Origin: an uncultured Gammaproteobacteria bacterium
GTDB lineage: Bacteria; Patescibacteriota; Microgenomatia; UBA8517
Length of the DNA stretch: 64,000 nt
Direction of reading: 5' to 3'
NCBI GenBank assembly: GCA_964600575.1
Contig: CAZRJH010000004.1
Span: forward strand, 6,711-70,710
In this document: positions 45,429-55,090 of the stretch, one piece after another
Layout of the letters: the number at the start of each line of letters is the position of its first letter
Position numbering within the stretch: the first letter of the stretch is position 1
Notes under the pieces: generated by a model
Databases searched by the model: none
Seen by the model: only the letters and a program-made list of their open reading frames with translations
Told to the model about the DNA's origin: nothing
Made by a program: the position numbers and the translations under genes

Positions 45429-46013
45429 CTAAAGTTTCGTCTCGTCTATATATTTAAACGAGATATAACCAAATACACCCTCCGAAACAATCACCTCATA
45501 CCATTCGCCGTCTTTTTGAGTATATTCAAATATTTGACCGTCTTTGGCTGTTCCAAGTTTTTCCGAGTAAATTGACGGTTTGGACCTGATATTCACCTCG
45601 GGTACTCCGTCGTTTATTTTAATAGTTAATGTTTTATTGGGCATAGGTGTTTCTTTAGCTTTTGGCATAACAAGGCCGTTTGTTTCGGCTATTTCTGGAG
45701 CAGGATTGGGTTTTGGTTGAAAAAATACATTTTTTACACCCACGCCTACAAATATTAAGAAAAACAAACTCGCCCATAAAACATCCTTTGTTCTAACTTG
45801 GGGAAAAGTATCGGGGTTGGGAATAAAGTTAGGGTTAAGTATCGATCTTAAGTTCCCAAAAATTTCTAGAACAAAATATGCAACTACGGGTAAAAATAAT
45901 GTTGCAAATATCAAAGGTCCTCCTGATTGAGTTGTAAGGATTGTAGAGATTGCAATAAAAAAAGATGCCGCTGCGGAGTAAAAAAATAATGCTTTGGGTA
46001 GGAGATTTTTCAT
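45429..46013 (-). CDS. Membrane-anchored protein with C-terminal SH3b-like domain
   Basis: Conserved N-terminal 2-TM module (FFYS...LP...YF) and a C-terminal ...GQIFEYTQKDGEWYEVIVSEGVFGYISFKYI. Confidence 0.5.
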   Translation of the reverse strand: MKNLLPKALFFYSAAASFFIAISTILTTQSGGPLIFATLFLPVVAYFVLEIFGNLRSILNPNFIPNPDTFPQVRTKDVLWASLFFLIFVGVGVKNVFFQPKPNPAPEIAETNGLVMPKAKETPMPNKTLTIKINDGVPEVNIRSKPSIYSEKLGTAKDGQIFEYTQKDGEWYEVIVSEGVFGYISFKYIDETKL

Positions 46014-46050
46014 TCGACCCTTATAATTTACCAGATGAGGCGGGTAGATG

Positions 46051-46686
46051 TCACTCCAACTCGTTTACATCTTTGGAGTTAACCCAACCAGATTTGTTCT
46101 CGGAAACGGCTACTTTGTACCAGCCTTCTGCCTTTTCTATAAACGGATAGTTAACACCTTTTATTATCGTGTCCAGTTTTTGGGAATTGGGGTTTTTATC
46201 CAGGTATATGTATCCGGACTCAACTCCTTGTTTAAGTGTAATCCTTGTTCCGCCTTCTTCTACCACTTTGCCGATTATAATATCTGCAACCGTTTCACCT
46301 TCGGGGTCGGGGGTTTCCAACGGTTCCGGAGTTTTATTTGTGGCGTTAAGTTTTTGAACAAGCTCTTCATTTTTTCTTAAGGCCTCCGAAAGTTGTGATT
46401 TTAGGGTCGAGTTATATCTGGAGGGGTCAAGTTGCGCCGCTAATTTATAGCCGTATATACCCAAGAAAGATAAAACTGCCAAAGAAATAATGAATCGTAC
46501 CGACCATCTTTCAAAATTTGTTCCACTGGGATTGGTGAGCTTGATCCAAAAATAAAACAACATGGGTAGCAGAAGTACGCCCGAAATAAAGTTCAGAGGT
46601 TGTGGGGAAAATAAACCAAAAGATATAAAAAAGACAGTTACTGCAACTATCGAATAAAAGAATAAAAACTTTTCCAACTTATGCAT
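46051..46686 (-). CDS. Membrane-anchored protein with C-terminal SH3b-like domain (paralogue)
   Basis: Same N-terminal 2-TM module. C-terminal GWYKVAVSENKSGWVNSKDV. Confidence 0.5.
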   Translation of the reverse strand: MHKLEKFLFFYSIVAVTVFFISFGLFSPQPLNFISGVLLLPMLFYFWIKLTNPSGTNFERWSVRFIISLAVLSFLGIYGYKLAAQLDPSRYNSTLKSQLSEALRKNEELVQKLNATNKTPEPLETPDPEGETVADIIIGKVVEEGGTRITLKQGVESGYIYLDKNPNSQKLDTIIKGVNYPFIEKAEGWYKVAVSENKSGWVNSKDVNELE

Positions 46687-46716
46687 AGGCTGATTTTAAC
46701 AAATATATCCTAAAAG

Positions 46717-48693
46717 TTAAGGTTGTGCAGGGGGATTGGCTTCTTGAGGTAAAACAATAGGAGGTTTTACGTTTGATGGGGCCACTGTAGGAGGTGGAGT
46801 AAGATTGTCGGAACCTTCTGCTGTTTTTGCTGCAGGTTTGTTCTTCTCGATCTGCTCTAGGCCCGACTTTGCAAGTTTTTCATCGTCCGATCCTGGCTTA
46901 ACTAAAGATAGTACTTTATTCATTTCTGTAATGGCCTTGTCAAAATCCTTCTTTTGGTTGTAAGCCAAAGCCAAGTTGTAATGAGCATTTGCCAGATCGG
47001 GTTTAGCAGTTACTGCAAGGCCAAAAGCGTTTATTGCGTCGTCATATTTGCCGAGTGCGTAGTAAACTCCACCTTGGGCAATTCTAAGGTTGGGGGAAAT
47101 AGGATCCAGTGCAATTGCTTGGTTAAAGCTTACTATTGTAAAGTTGTCCGCACCTTGAGCAAAAGGAATAATAGATTGGTAAGTTCTCGCTAAAAGTTCC
47201 CAGTTTGCGGATCTTTGAGGATTGAGGGCGACTGCTGCTTTAGCTTCTGCAATTGACTGTTGAACCAGTTGTGCAATTGTATTTTTGTCTGCATCTGTAA
47301 TATCTTTCTTTTGAGCCAAACCGCGGGCCAAGGCAAGATCCAGCTGATCAAAAGTTGCGTGATATCTGTCAACTTGAGAGTTTGTGCTAATTGCAGCCCT
47401 AAGCTCATCATATGCAAGTTTGGCGTTATTGGACAAGATGGCATCTATGGCTTTTTTGTAATGAAGTTCACCCTTAAAAACTTTTACTCCGACAACTGTA
47501 GGGTAGACTGTTAGTAAGACTAATATCAAAGAAACAACTATTGCCGGGATCTTGGATGCAAACTCTCCGCCGTTTCTTACTGCCGTAGCCGAAAGATTCA
47601 TTGTTACTTCGTGGTCTTGTGTGTTTAGAGCGGCAATCAGGAAAAACAAAACCAATACAACTATGTTTGCGGGAAGTGTTAAAAGTGCCAATGCAACCAA
47701 TATTAAGGATAGTGAATAACCTGCATCAGTTTTTATAGAAGAAGGGTTGAAATTTCTAATATTTTTGAATACCCCCTTAACCATAGTAAATAATGCAAAT
47801 ACAAAGGCGGCGAGTCCCAATATGCCAACCTCGGTTACTAAAGTAAGTACATAACTGCTTGCAGAGAAGAATCTATTGGCCCACAGCTCGGTTGAGTTGT
47901 AAGACAAGGGAAGATATTTGGTGAAAGCACTAAGATAGTTTGCAGGACCGATTCCAAAAAGCGGACTTGCTTTAAGTGTATCGATAGCAACAGACCAACT
48001 TGTTTGCATATCTACAATTACGGGTGCGCCTGGTCTGCCCGGTAGCATTTGATATATAGAGAGTATCGAAGAAAGCGCAACTATTGCGGATGCCAAAAAG
48101 AAGAACATTTTTCTGAATTTGTCTTTCTCGGAAAAAGCCATCGAAACACCGATGGGTAAAAGTGATACCAATAATATTACTTCGGGCAACTTGCCGCCTA
48201 CGGCGGAAAAATTAGCGTCTCTTAGAACTGCAGGTAGTTGGGGAATGCTTGCTAAAAGTCCCGTAAATGCAAATATAGAAATTAAAGAGGCGAGTACGCC
48301 TGATAAAAATAATGCCAAGGCATAGTTTTCTTTTTCTCCCTTAAAAACTGTTTTAGCTAAAAAGTAAACCAAAAAGCCGCCAACAATTATGGTAACGGTA
48401 CCGGGAATGGCAAAAGCCTCCATTTTGTTGGGAGTCCTTAAAACCCCCGAAACCACATACGCAAGAGCAAGTAGTAAGAGGGGAAGGTCTGATACGGAAA
48501 CATTAAAAGTAATCTTTCCGTCGTTGAAAATCTTTACTGCCCAAATAACCAAAGACAAAAGTACTACAAAAGAAAGAAGCATAACTTTAGGTAGATCAAA
48601 GAAGCTTGCAAGATTCGTTAACAAAAAAGAAGGGAATAAAACTACAAAACCGAGGAGTAAATATTTTAAAGTTTGATTTAAAGTTTTAGTCAT
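46717..48693 (-). CDS. O-antigen ligase (Wzy_C)-like polytopic membrane protein with C-terminal TPR repeats
   Basis: About 12 TM helices with a large loop, then TPR units (AHYNLALAYNQKKDFDKAITEMNKVL etc.). Confidence 0.55.
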   Translation of the reverse strand: MTKTLNQTLKYLLLGFVVLFPSFLLTNLASFFDLPKVMLLSFVVLLSLVIWAVKIFNDGKITFNVSVSDLPLLLLALAYVVSGVLRTPNKMEAFAIPGTVTIIVGGFLVYFLAKTVFKGEKENYALALFLSGVLASLISIFAFTGLLASIPQLPAVLRDANFSAVGGKLPEVILLVSLLPIGVSMAFSEKDKFRKMFFFLASAIVALSSILSIYQMLPGRPGAPVIVDMQTSWSVAIDTLKASPLFGIGPANYLSAFTKYLPLSYNSTELWANRFFSASSYVLTLVTEVGILGLAAFVFALFTMVKGVFKNIRNFNPSSIKTDAGYSLSLILVALALLTLPANIVVLVLFFLIAALNTQDHEVTMNLSATAVRNGGEFASKIPAIVVSLILVLLTVYPTVVGVKVFKGELHYKKAIDAILSNNAKLAYDELRAAISTNSQVDRYHATFDQLDLALARGLAQKKDITDADKNTIAQLVQQSIAEAKAAVALNPQRSANWELLARTYQSIIPFAQGADNFTIVSFNQAIALDPISPNLRIAQGGVYYALGKYDDAINAFGLAVTAKPDLANAHYNLALAYNQKKDFDKAITEMNKVLSLVKPGSDDEKLAKSGLEQIEKNKPAAKTAEGSDNLTPPPTVAPSNVKPPIVLPQEANPPAQP

Positions 48694-48745
48694 AACAATG
48701 TATCATTTTATGTTCCAAAAAACGCAACTGTCAATCACTAAATTT

Positions 48746-49174
48746 TTACTTAAAGAGTCCTGAAACTATAACAAAATTTACAAATATAGCAATGTTTATA
48801 AATATCGCTATAAGGCACCATGAACAAAATGTTTTGATAACTTTGGCCTGAAGATAAAGTAAATAAAAACTAAATAAGGTAGCAGAAGAAACAGCAACAA
48901 GCATTATCTGGCTCAAGATTCTGGTTGGTCCAAAATTTTGCACAAGAATAGAAAAAACAAATACGGAGATATAATAGGCTATACCGTAAATTTCGTTTTT
49001 TATACCAAAGTGGTTTCCATACTTTGAACCTACCACTTTTGAACAATCCTCCCCCATAAAACAAAACATCTTTTTACCTTCCTTAACCTCCCTTTTATAT
49101 TGCCAATGAAGAAAATATGCATTTAGAAGGCCCAGAAATGACAGTATCCAAAGTGTGAACATGTTTGTAAACAT
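48746..49174 (-). CDS. Vitamin K epoxide reductase (VKOR) family / DsbB-like thiol oxidoreductase
   Basis: TM1 (LSFLGLLNAYFLHW), loop cysteine pair CFMGEDC, SKYGNHFGIKNEIYGIAYY, and the CSWC (CxxC) active site in the last TM. Confidence 0.65.
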   Translation of the reverse strand: MFTNMFTLWILSFLGLLNAYFLHWQYKREVKEGKKMFCFMGEDCSKVVGSKYGNHFGIKNEIYGIAYYISVFVFSILVQNFGPTRILSQIMLVAVSSATLFSFYLLYLQAKVIKTFCSWCLIAIFINIAIFVNFVIVSGLFK

Positions 49175-49212
49175 TATATATAATTTCTTGGGTATAATTA
49201 ACTAATCAAAAT

Positions 49213-49659
49213 ATGACATATAAAAGCTCAAAAATTTTAGTAATTGCTTTTGTATTGTCTATTTTAATAGGAGGAATTTGGGCGGACCATTTGCCTCATC
49301 ACGATTTCTATCCTTTCTTTTCCTGGAGTTTGTTTTCTAACTCTTCTGATAACGACACCTCTTACTTTATAAAATTAAAGACTTTTGACGGTAGACCCGA
49401 CAATACGGTTTTGTATGGGGGTAAAGTATCCGATTATGTAGGCGGATATTTCTTGCCGGACTTTTATTGGGATGTTCAGGAAGCAGGTAAGACTGCTTTA
49501 TCTGGTAGTAAGTCTGATCTGTTAGAAAAAATCGAATCGAGATTTAAGTCCGGAAATGTTGACTATCAAATAGTTCTTGCAGACTACGATGCTGTAGTAT
49601 TAAAAAAAACCGGCTCTTTCAAAAACATAAATGTAATTGCCGAGTATAAAACTGAATGA
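49213..49659 (+). CDS. Hypothetical exported protein (148 aa)
   Basis: N-terminal signal anchor. No motif recognised. Confidence 0.45.
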   Translation: MTYKSSKILVIAFVLSILIGGIWADHLPHHDFYPFFSWSLFSNSSDNDTSYFIKLKTFDGRPDNTVLYGGKVSDYVGGYFLPDFYWDVQEAGKTALSGSKSDLLEKIESRFKSGNVDYQIVLADYDAVVLKKTGSFKNINVIAEYKTE

Positions 49660-50603
49660 AGAAGATATTTAATCTGGAATTTATAGAAAAGGCGGCGGAA
49701 AATAAACAAGCAGTTTTTAAAGCAGTCAACGCTGTCGCAACTTTTTATTTTCTTCAGATTGCTTTGGCTTTTATTAATCTAATGAAGATCGGAGCGGTGG
49801 ATCCCGAACGAAGCGGATTTCTTCCGATCTGGCCAATGAGCTGGGCGGGTAGTCTACCTTACTCCTTTACATCGCAACTCCTCGCGATGTTTTATGTGGC
49901 TGCTTCTTTTGTTGCAATATTTTTTTGGAGGAATAGATTTGCTAGACTTTTGGTTTTTGTAAGTTTTTGGCAGGTTCATGCTCTAGACAGCTCGTTTGGC
50001 TTTATTAATCATTTTTACTACCTTATTTTTTATACGCTCTTTATTTTCACCTTCTTACCGGACACTAGCGAAAGTAAAGATTTGACCAATGACCAATCAA
50101 AGAAGTTTTTGTTGGTTTATTGGGGGGCAATAGCCGGGATATTTGCTACATATACTTTGTCGGGTTTTTGGAAAGTGTATTGGGGAATTCTGGCAATTAT
50201 TGACGGTAGGCTTAGTTCTTTTTCTATGATGGCCTTTCCCGAGCATGTAGCCAGAAAAACCATATTCGAAAGTCGAGAATACTTTTATAGCGGCATAGTT
50301 ATTTCTAACTCAATTCTTTCCTGGATTGCTTATCTTGGGACAATATATATAGAAGTAGTCGCAGTTCTGGTTGCTTTTAAGCCGAGCCTTCATAAAATTT
50401 GGGCTTTTATTTTTATTTTTATGCATGTGGGAATTCTTCTGGTTATCGGAATTCCTTTTTTTGAATCACTGTTTGTGCTGTGTATCATTGTATTGAACTC
50501 TCCATTTTCCGGTAGTCTGCAGTTAGGTAAGATGTTTTCCGACCTTCCCATATTCGGATATTTTTTAAAGAAAATATTTAGAACAAACGGAGTTGATTAT
50601 TAG
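49656..50603 (+). CDS. Polytopic membrane protein (315 aa), possibly HTTM-like
   Basis: 8-9 hydrophobic helices and overlapping start/stop with the upstream gene. The family call is speculative. Confidence 0.4.
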   Translation: MKKIFNLEFIEKAAENKQAVFKAVNAVATFYFLQIALAFINLMKIGAVDPERSGFLPIWPMSWAGSLPYSFTSQLLAMFYVAASFVAIFFWRNRFARLLVFVSFWQVHALDSSFGFINHFYYLIFYTLFIFTFLPDTSESKDLTNDQSKKFLLVYWGAIAGIFATYTLSGFWKVYWGILAIIDGRLSSFSMMAFPEHVARKTIFESREYFYSGIVISNSILSWIAYLGTIYIEVVAVLVAFKPSLHKIWAFIFIFMHVGILLVIGIPFFESLFVLCIIVLNSPFSGSLQLGKMFSDLPIFGYFLKKIFRTNGVDY

Positions 50604-51361
50604 AAGTAAATTAGAGTATTAGGAAGCATCCCGGAAATTTTCGCCTGTTCTTCTTTTGTAATGTTGTTATCTCCTAGATACAAAAACTTAAGCTGGCTAA
50701 GATTTGCAATACCGGGAGGAAGAGACTTTAAACGATTGCCGTGAAGATCTAGTGAGACTAAGGAGTTTAGGTTACCTATCTCCTGGGGAAGGACGGAAAC
50801 TTTGTTGTTGGCCAGTGACAGATTTTTGAGTGAGGAAAGGCCCCCAATTGACGCGGGAACGGATTTAATTTTGTTTCCCGACAAATCAAGCGTTTCTAGA
50901 TTGTTTAAGTTGGAAATGGCAGAATCTACTTTATTTAGTCTGCTGTCTTTTACTTGCAGCCTTGTTAGAGATCCCATTTTGTAAACTTCTTTAGGGATTG
51001 CGCCTATGTGGCTGTATTCAATTACAAGCACGTTTATCTGTGCGGAATTTTCGAATACTTTCTTTGGAATCTTGTAGATATCGCTAATGTAGTCAAAACC
51101 AACCCCTGTACCCGAAACATTTTCTTCCTTTTGTGCAACCAGCCTCAATATTAGTCCCGGAATAATATATTTACCTTTGTATAAAAAAGAACCTAATACC
51201 GAAACTAAAATTCCAGCAAATATTGCAGATATCAAAAGACCTTTGTTGACTTCCGGTTGTGCTTCTACTTCTTGGACGGGAACCTCTGCTATTGTCGTTT
51301 GTTCTGGGGCGGGGGTCTCTTGTGGTGTTTGCTGTTGAGTCTGGGGGTTGTCGGGGTTCAT
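50600..51361 (-). CDS. Leucine-rich-repeat (LRR) protein with N-terminal Pro/Gln/Thr-rich region and TM anchor
   Basis: Tandem LxxLxLxxNxL units (LETLDLSGNKIKSVP, LKNLSLANNKVSVLP, LVSLDLHGNRLKSLP, LKFLYLGDNNI). Confidence 0.75.
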   Translation of the reverse strand: MNPDNPQTQQQTPQETPAPEQTTIAEVPVQEVEAQPEVNKGLLISAIFAGILVSVLGSFLYKGKYIIPGLILRLVAQKEENVSGTGVGFDYISDIYKIPKKVFENSAQINVLVIEYSHIGAIPKEVYKMGSLTRLQVKDSRLNKVDSAISNLNNLETLDLSGNKIKSVPASIGGLSSLKNLSLANNKVSVLPQEIGNLNSLVSLDLHGNRLKSLPPGIANLSQLKFLYLGDNNITKEEQAKISGMLPNTLIYF

Positions 51362-51460
51362 GGATTAATTTATTCTAACAAATCTTAAAATCAAGTGTAT
51401 TAAGTTGGTCATTTTTTTGAAGAATGAAAAGAAATACATTGAAGTTTATACTGATATAAT

Positions 51461-51922
51461 ATGGTGTCTTTAATAATGAAATACATTAAATATGTTTTGT
51501 TTTTTTTGGCCTCTTTTGTTATTTCTTTCTTAGTTCTAAACTCTTTGCCGGTTAGTTATTTGAATGTAAAGGATCAAGCAAAGGGAACGACCATTGAGGT
51601 TGGTTTTGTTAGGTTATCAAAATTATCGTTCTTGGTAGTTCAAACAATCGACCCTGTAAGCGGTTTAACCGACAAAGGTGGATTTTTAAATAATCCCAGT
51701 CCATTGCCCCCGGGAATATATAGGAATGTAAATCTTTCGTTAACAAACGTAAGCGGCGAAATCCCGGACAAAGTGGCCGTGACTTTATACGAAGATACAA
51801 ATAAGAACGACTCATTCGACGGTTACTACGACCACGAAGACGGGGTGATTATAGAGGAAGACAAACCAATTTTTAATCTAGTTAACAAAAAGATAATTAG
51901 AAAAGTAATTCTTTTAAAATGA
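51461..51922 (+). CDS. Hypothetical exported protein (153 aa)
   Basis: N-terminal hydrophobic anchor. Confidence 0.45.
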   Translation: MVSLIMKYIKYVLFFLASFVISFLVLNSLPVSYLNVKDQAKGTTIEVGFVRLSKLSFLVVQTIDPVSGLTDKGGFLNNPSPLPPGIYRNVNLSLTNVSGEIPDKVAVTLYEDTNKNDSFDGYYDHEDGVIIEEDKPIFNLVNKKIIRKVILLK

Positions 51923-51923
51923 A

Positions 51924-53153
51924 ATGAATATTTATAAAAAGGTAAATAAAAGAATTGCCATAATGTCGTTTATAATTGCGGTTCCCGTTCTCATTTATTT
52001 ATCGGGACATTTCAACAAAAATAACTCATTAGATAAGTCATTTTTGAGGTCAAAAGTTGCTTCAGTGTTAAAAAAATGTAACAAGGGGACCAACACCCTT
52101 AATTCGATAGATCAAAGATGCGTATATAAAGAGTTTCATAAGTTTGTTAACAAAAAGAATGTTTCCTTAGTTGTCGCCTCTTTAATGGATATTTTTTCCA
52201 AAGAAGATAACTCCAGAAATTTGGGTACCAATAATTGTCATATTCCTGCTCACATTGCGGGTGAGATTGCTTATCAGGACGGTGCGAATTTAGATGAGCT
52301 TTGGCAAAAGTGTTCCAATAACTGTACCTTTGGTTGTTTGCACGGCGGTTTTCAGGGAATGTTTAAAGAAAAGGGGCCGGCACTTTTGGATAATCTGGAA
52401 ACTGCCTGTAAAGTTTTAAATAATCCGGATGACGCCGATCTTAGAAGTTGTTGGCACATCATAGGCCATGGTTTGGCTGAATACTTTGGGTCCAATCTTG
52501 ATGCGGCGGTTAACAAATGCCTAAGTCTCCCTAACGAAAAACAGCAACGCCACTGCATAATGGGTGTTAGGATGGAGTTTATTGTTGCCTCTGTTGATAA
52601 CACTAGCCCCATGCCGCCACTAAAAGGTTTTGAGTATTTGGATTTTTGTAAAAAATTTCCATCAAAGTTTGTTGAGGACTGTTATGCCGAAGCAGCTTAT
52701 TATCAGATTCGTATAACAGACGATGTTAATCAGATGGTTGATGTTTGCAAGCTGGTTCCTAACATTGGCGATTCAATAATACGCTGCGTAACGGGGTCGG
52801 GGTCCGTATTCTTTTTTACGAATAAAGCCAATGCCCAGGTAATTCACGATTTTTGCGCCAGATACGAAAACAAGAAATATGAGAATGAATGTGCAATAGG
52901 ATCCGCAGACTTGTCGTCTTCGGAATGGGACCATCTTCAAACTGGTGCCAATATTTGTCTTTTAACAACCCCGGACTTTGTAGGTGAGTGTTTGGCTTTC
53001 TATGGCGGTAGAGTCCAATTCTACAATGGTTTAGCAAAGCGTAAAGAAATTTGTTCCGAGTTATCCGCTAAAGACGAAAAAAGCTGTATGGGTAGTCCCA
53101 AGATGGATAGGGAATACCTAACTCCGGTTACATTCACTCTTCAGGAAAGATAA
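51924..53153 (+). CDS. Exported Cys/His-rich repeat protein, paralogue 1 of 8 (no N-terminal His-rich beta domain)
   Basis: Signal anchor plus ordered motifs CHIPAHIAGEIA, CWHIIGHGLAEYFG, CxxGxx.... 22 Cys. Confidence 0.6.
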   Translation: MNIYKKVNKRIAIMSFIIAVPVLIYLSGHFNKNNSLDKSFLRSKVASVLKKCNKGTNTLNSIDQRCVYKEFHKFVNKKNVSLVVASLMDIFSKEDNSRNLGTNNCHIPAHIAGEIAYQDGANLDELWQKCSNNCTFGCLHGGFQGMFKEKGPALLDNLETACKVLNNPDDADLRSCWHIIGHGLAEYFGSNLDAAVNKCLSLPNEKQQRHCIMGVRMEFIVASVDNTSPMPPLKGFEYLDFCKKFPSKFVEDCYAEAAYYQIRITDDVNQMVDVCKLVPNIGDSIIRCVTGSGSVFFFTNKANAQVIHDFCARYENKKYENECAIGSADLSSSEWDHLQTGANICLLTTPDFVGECLAFYGGRVQFYNGLAKRKEICSELSAKDEKSCMGSPKMDREYLTPVTFTLQER

Positions 53154-53328
53154 TATGCTTATCGTAATGAGCTGTGTATAAAACCGCCCATGGCTTGGTT
53201 GGTCTTTTATCAATAAACCCGATTCTAACATTTAGCATTACATTCTTTTAGACAGTCAGCGCGAACAAAACCTAAATCCACTCGTCTGGTAAATTTGTGA
53301 TTATTAAAATGAGGAACTAACAGGCTTT

Positions 53329-54435
53329 TTATATTTTTTCGTTATGTACCAAGACACCGCCTGCAAAGTAAGCGTGGTAAGGGCCGGGGAGAGACAAGTT
53401 GTAAACAGTGTTGGTTTCGTTGACATTCTCGATAGATTCGATAGCGTAGGCACTTCCGTCGGAATTCATTAGAGTGTCTCCGATAACGAGAGTGTCGGCG
53501 TGTACCCAAGCGTTTTTACTCGGAGACCAGACAAGATGGTTGCCCGTAACTTTTAGACTATCGTTTACGAGTAAGTAGCCACTAACATTTTCGTGTACCA
53601 AAAGTCTACTAACCACTTGGGGGAAAGTTCTTTTGTTTGCTAAATCATAAGATAGAACTATGTCTCCAGTTTTGATGTCTTCAATAGACTTTGTAGAACC
53701 GTCGGCAAGTGTCACTTGAGTTCCTGCTAAGAAACAACTGGAATAGTAAAGTTGGGAATATGAGTAGGCGGCATAGCTGGATTGACCGTAACCGTAGTAC
53801 GTGCCCTGTGAATAGCTGTAGTAAATACTTTGACCGTAACCGTAGTAGGCTGACTGAGCGTATGCGTAGTAAGTTGATTGTGAGTAAGAGTAACAAGTAT
53901 TTGTTAAAGAGAAAGACGATGCACCACAGTCTACAGTCGAGTAAGAATCAAAAAGACCAAGCCTTCTGTAGCCTGATGCCGTAGCTGTTCTGAAGTTGGT
54001 TAGAGTAAAGTTGTCTGCCCATCCATCTGCGTCCGTATCTTGCAAATATATTGGGCTTCCGGATTTGATAGAGCCTCCCGCCTGAACAGACAAACTCCCT
54101 GTACCGATGGTTAAAGAACCAAATGCCAGTGTTCCACCGTTATTTATTGTTATGTTTCCACCTGTCGTAAGTGATAATTGTGCAGAATTAGTGGTTGAAG
54201 CGTCTGTTGTTCCATTATCCACACCTTCGACATTGCTTGCAGCGATAGAACAAGTGGTTGCCCAATTAAGCACATTCTTGGTAGTGGCAGTCATGGAAGA
54301 ATAAAAGTTACAAGCTGCTTTAGCGGAAGAGGGTGTTAAAAGTAGAACCAAAAAAGCGAATACTACTGCGCTTAATGATTTTGTATATGTTTTTGAGGTT
54401 AACATTATTTTTTGCTGCTTAGGACCTTGGAGCAA
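53329..54435 (-). CDS. Exported Tyr/Ser-rich repeat protein ending in a Hint (Hedgehog/intein-like, BIL-type) domain
   Basis: Signal peptide, a (YY/YG/QS) low-complexity tract, then CFLAGTQVTLADGSTKSIEDIKTGDIVLS ... VLVHNEKI, with the N-terminal Cys and C-terminal His-Asn signatures of a Hint domain. Confidence 0.6.
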   Translation of the reverse strand: MLQGPKQQKIMLTSKTYTKSLSAVVFAFLVLLLTPSSAKAACNFYSSMTATTKNVLNWATTCSIAASNVEGVDNGTTDASTTNSAQLSLTTGGNITINNGGTLAFGSLTIGTGSLSVQAGGSIKSGSPIYLQDTDADGWADNFTLTNFRTATASGYRRLGLFDSYSTVDCGASSFSLTNTCYSYSQSTYYAYAQSAYYGYGQSIYYSYSQGTYYGYGQSSYAAYSYSQLYYSSCFLAGTQVTLADGSTKSIEDIKTGDIVLSYDLANKRTFPQVVSRLLVHENVSGYLLVNDSLKVTGNHLVWSPSKNAWVHADTLVIGDTLMNSDGSAYAIESIENVNETNTVYNLSLPGPYHAYFAGGVLVHNEKI

Positions 54436-55000
54436 CCGTAACCGTTGATGTTTTACCGTTTGATGACTTTGCCGTTAGAGTTAAGATGTATTTGTAGTCT
54501 ACAGTGTCGTTTAGACTGGCACTGCCGGACCAAACCCCGTCTGCTGCCGATCCCGATTTAAGACTAAGTTCAATGTTAACCGATCCACGATCCGTAGTTA
54601 AAACTCCGGTCAAAGTAGACACTCCTGCCGTGTCGTTGGCTTTGACTGTTAAGTTAAGTGTCTGTCCTTTTTTGACATCCAAGGGATCAAAAACAACTTG
54701 GGTAACAGTAGGGCCTTCGTGTTGACCCATGCCCACCTGGTAAGTTCCCTTAACGCCATCATCCGGTCTTAAGGGGATTGGTGTAGGAGTTGGTGTTGCT
54801 TTTGGCTTTGCTGTTGCCGATTTTGTTATATCCGTGACTTTAATGTCTTTTGGTAAATCCGCTGTTTGATTTGTAGTGTCTACGGAAGCTGGCGGGGTAA
54901 TGCTTTTCCAAACAAAATAAAAAGAGGCACCAAGAACGACAGCAATAAAGAGTAAAATTACTACAATCGAAACACCGCTATTGTCAGATTTTCTTTTCAC
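54419..55000 (-). CDS. Exported protein with Thr/Pro linker and Ig-like beta domain, hypothetical
   Basis: N-terminal TM or signal anchor, a KPKATPTPTPIP linker and a beta-rich C-terminal domain. Confidence 0.45.
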   Translation of the reverse strand: MKRKSDNSGVSIVVILLFIAVVLGASFYFVWKSITPPASVDTTNQTADLPKDIKVTDITKSATAKPKATPTPTPIPLRPDDGVKGTYQVGMGQHEGPTVTQVVFDPLDVKKGQTLNLTVKANDTAGVSTLTGVLTTDRGSVNIELSLKSGSAADGVWSGSASLNDTVDYKYILTLTAKSSNGKTSTVTVAPRS

Positions 55001-55090
55001 TGTGTAATAGTAGTATTAATGATGTATTTTATTAAAGTCTTTGTCAAGCCCTGGATTTAAGCGTTTTTTAAGTTTAACAATACTCAAATA

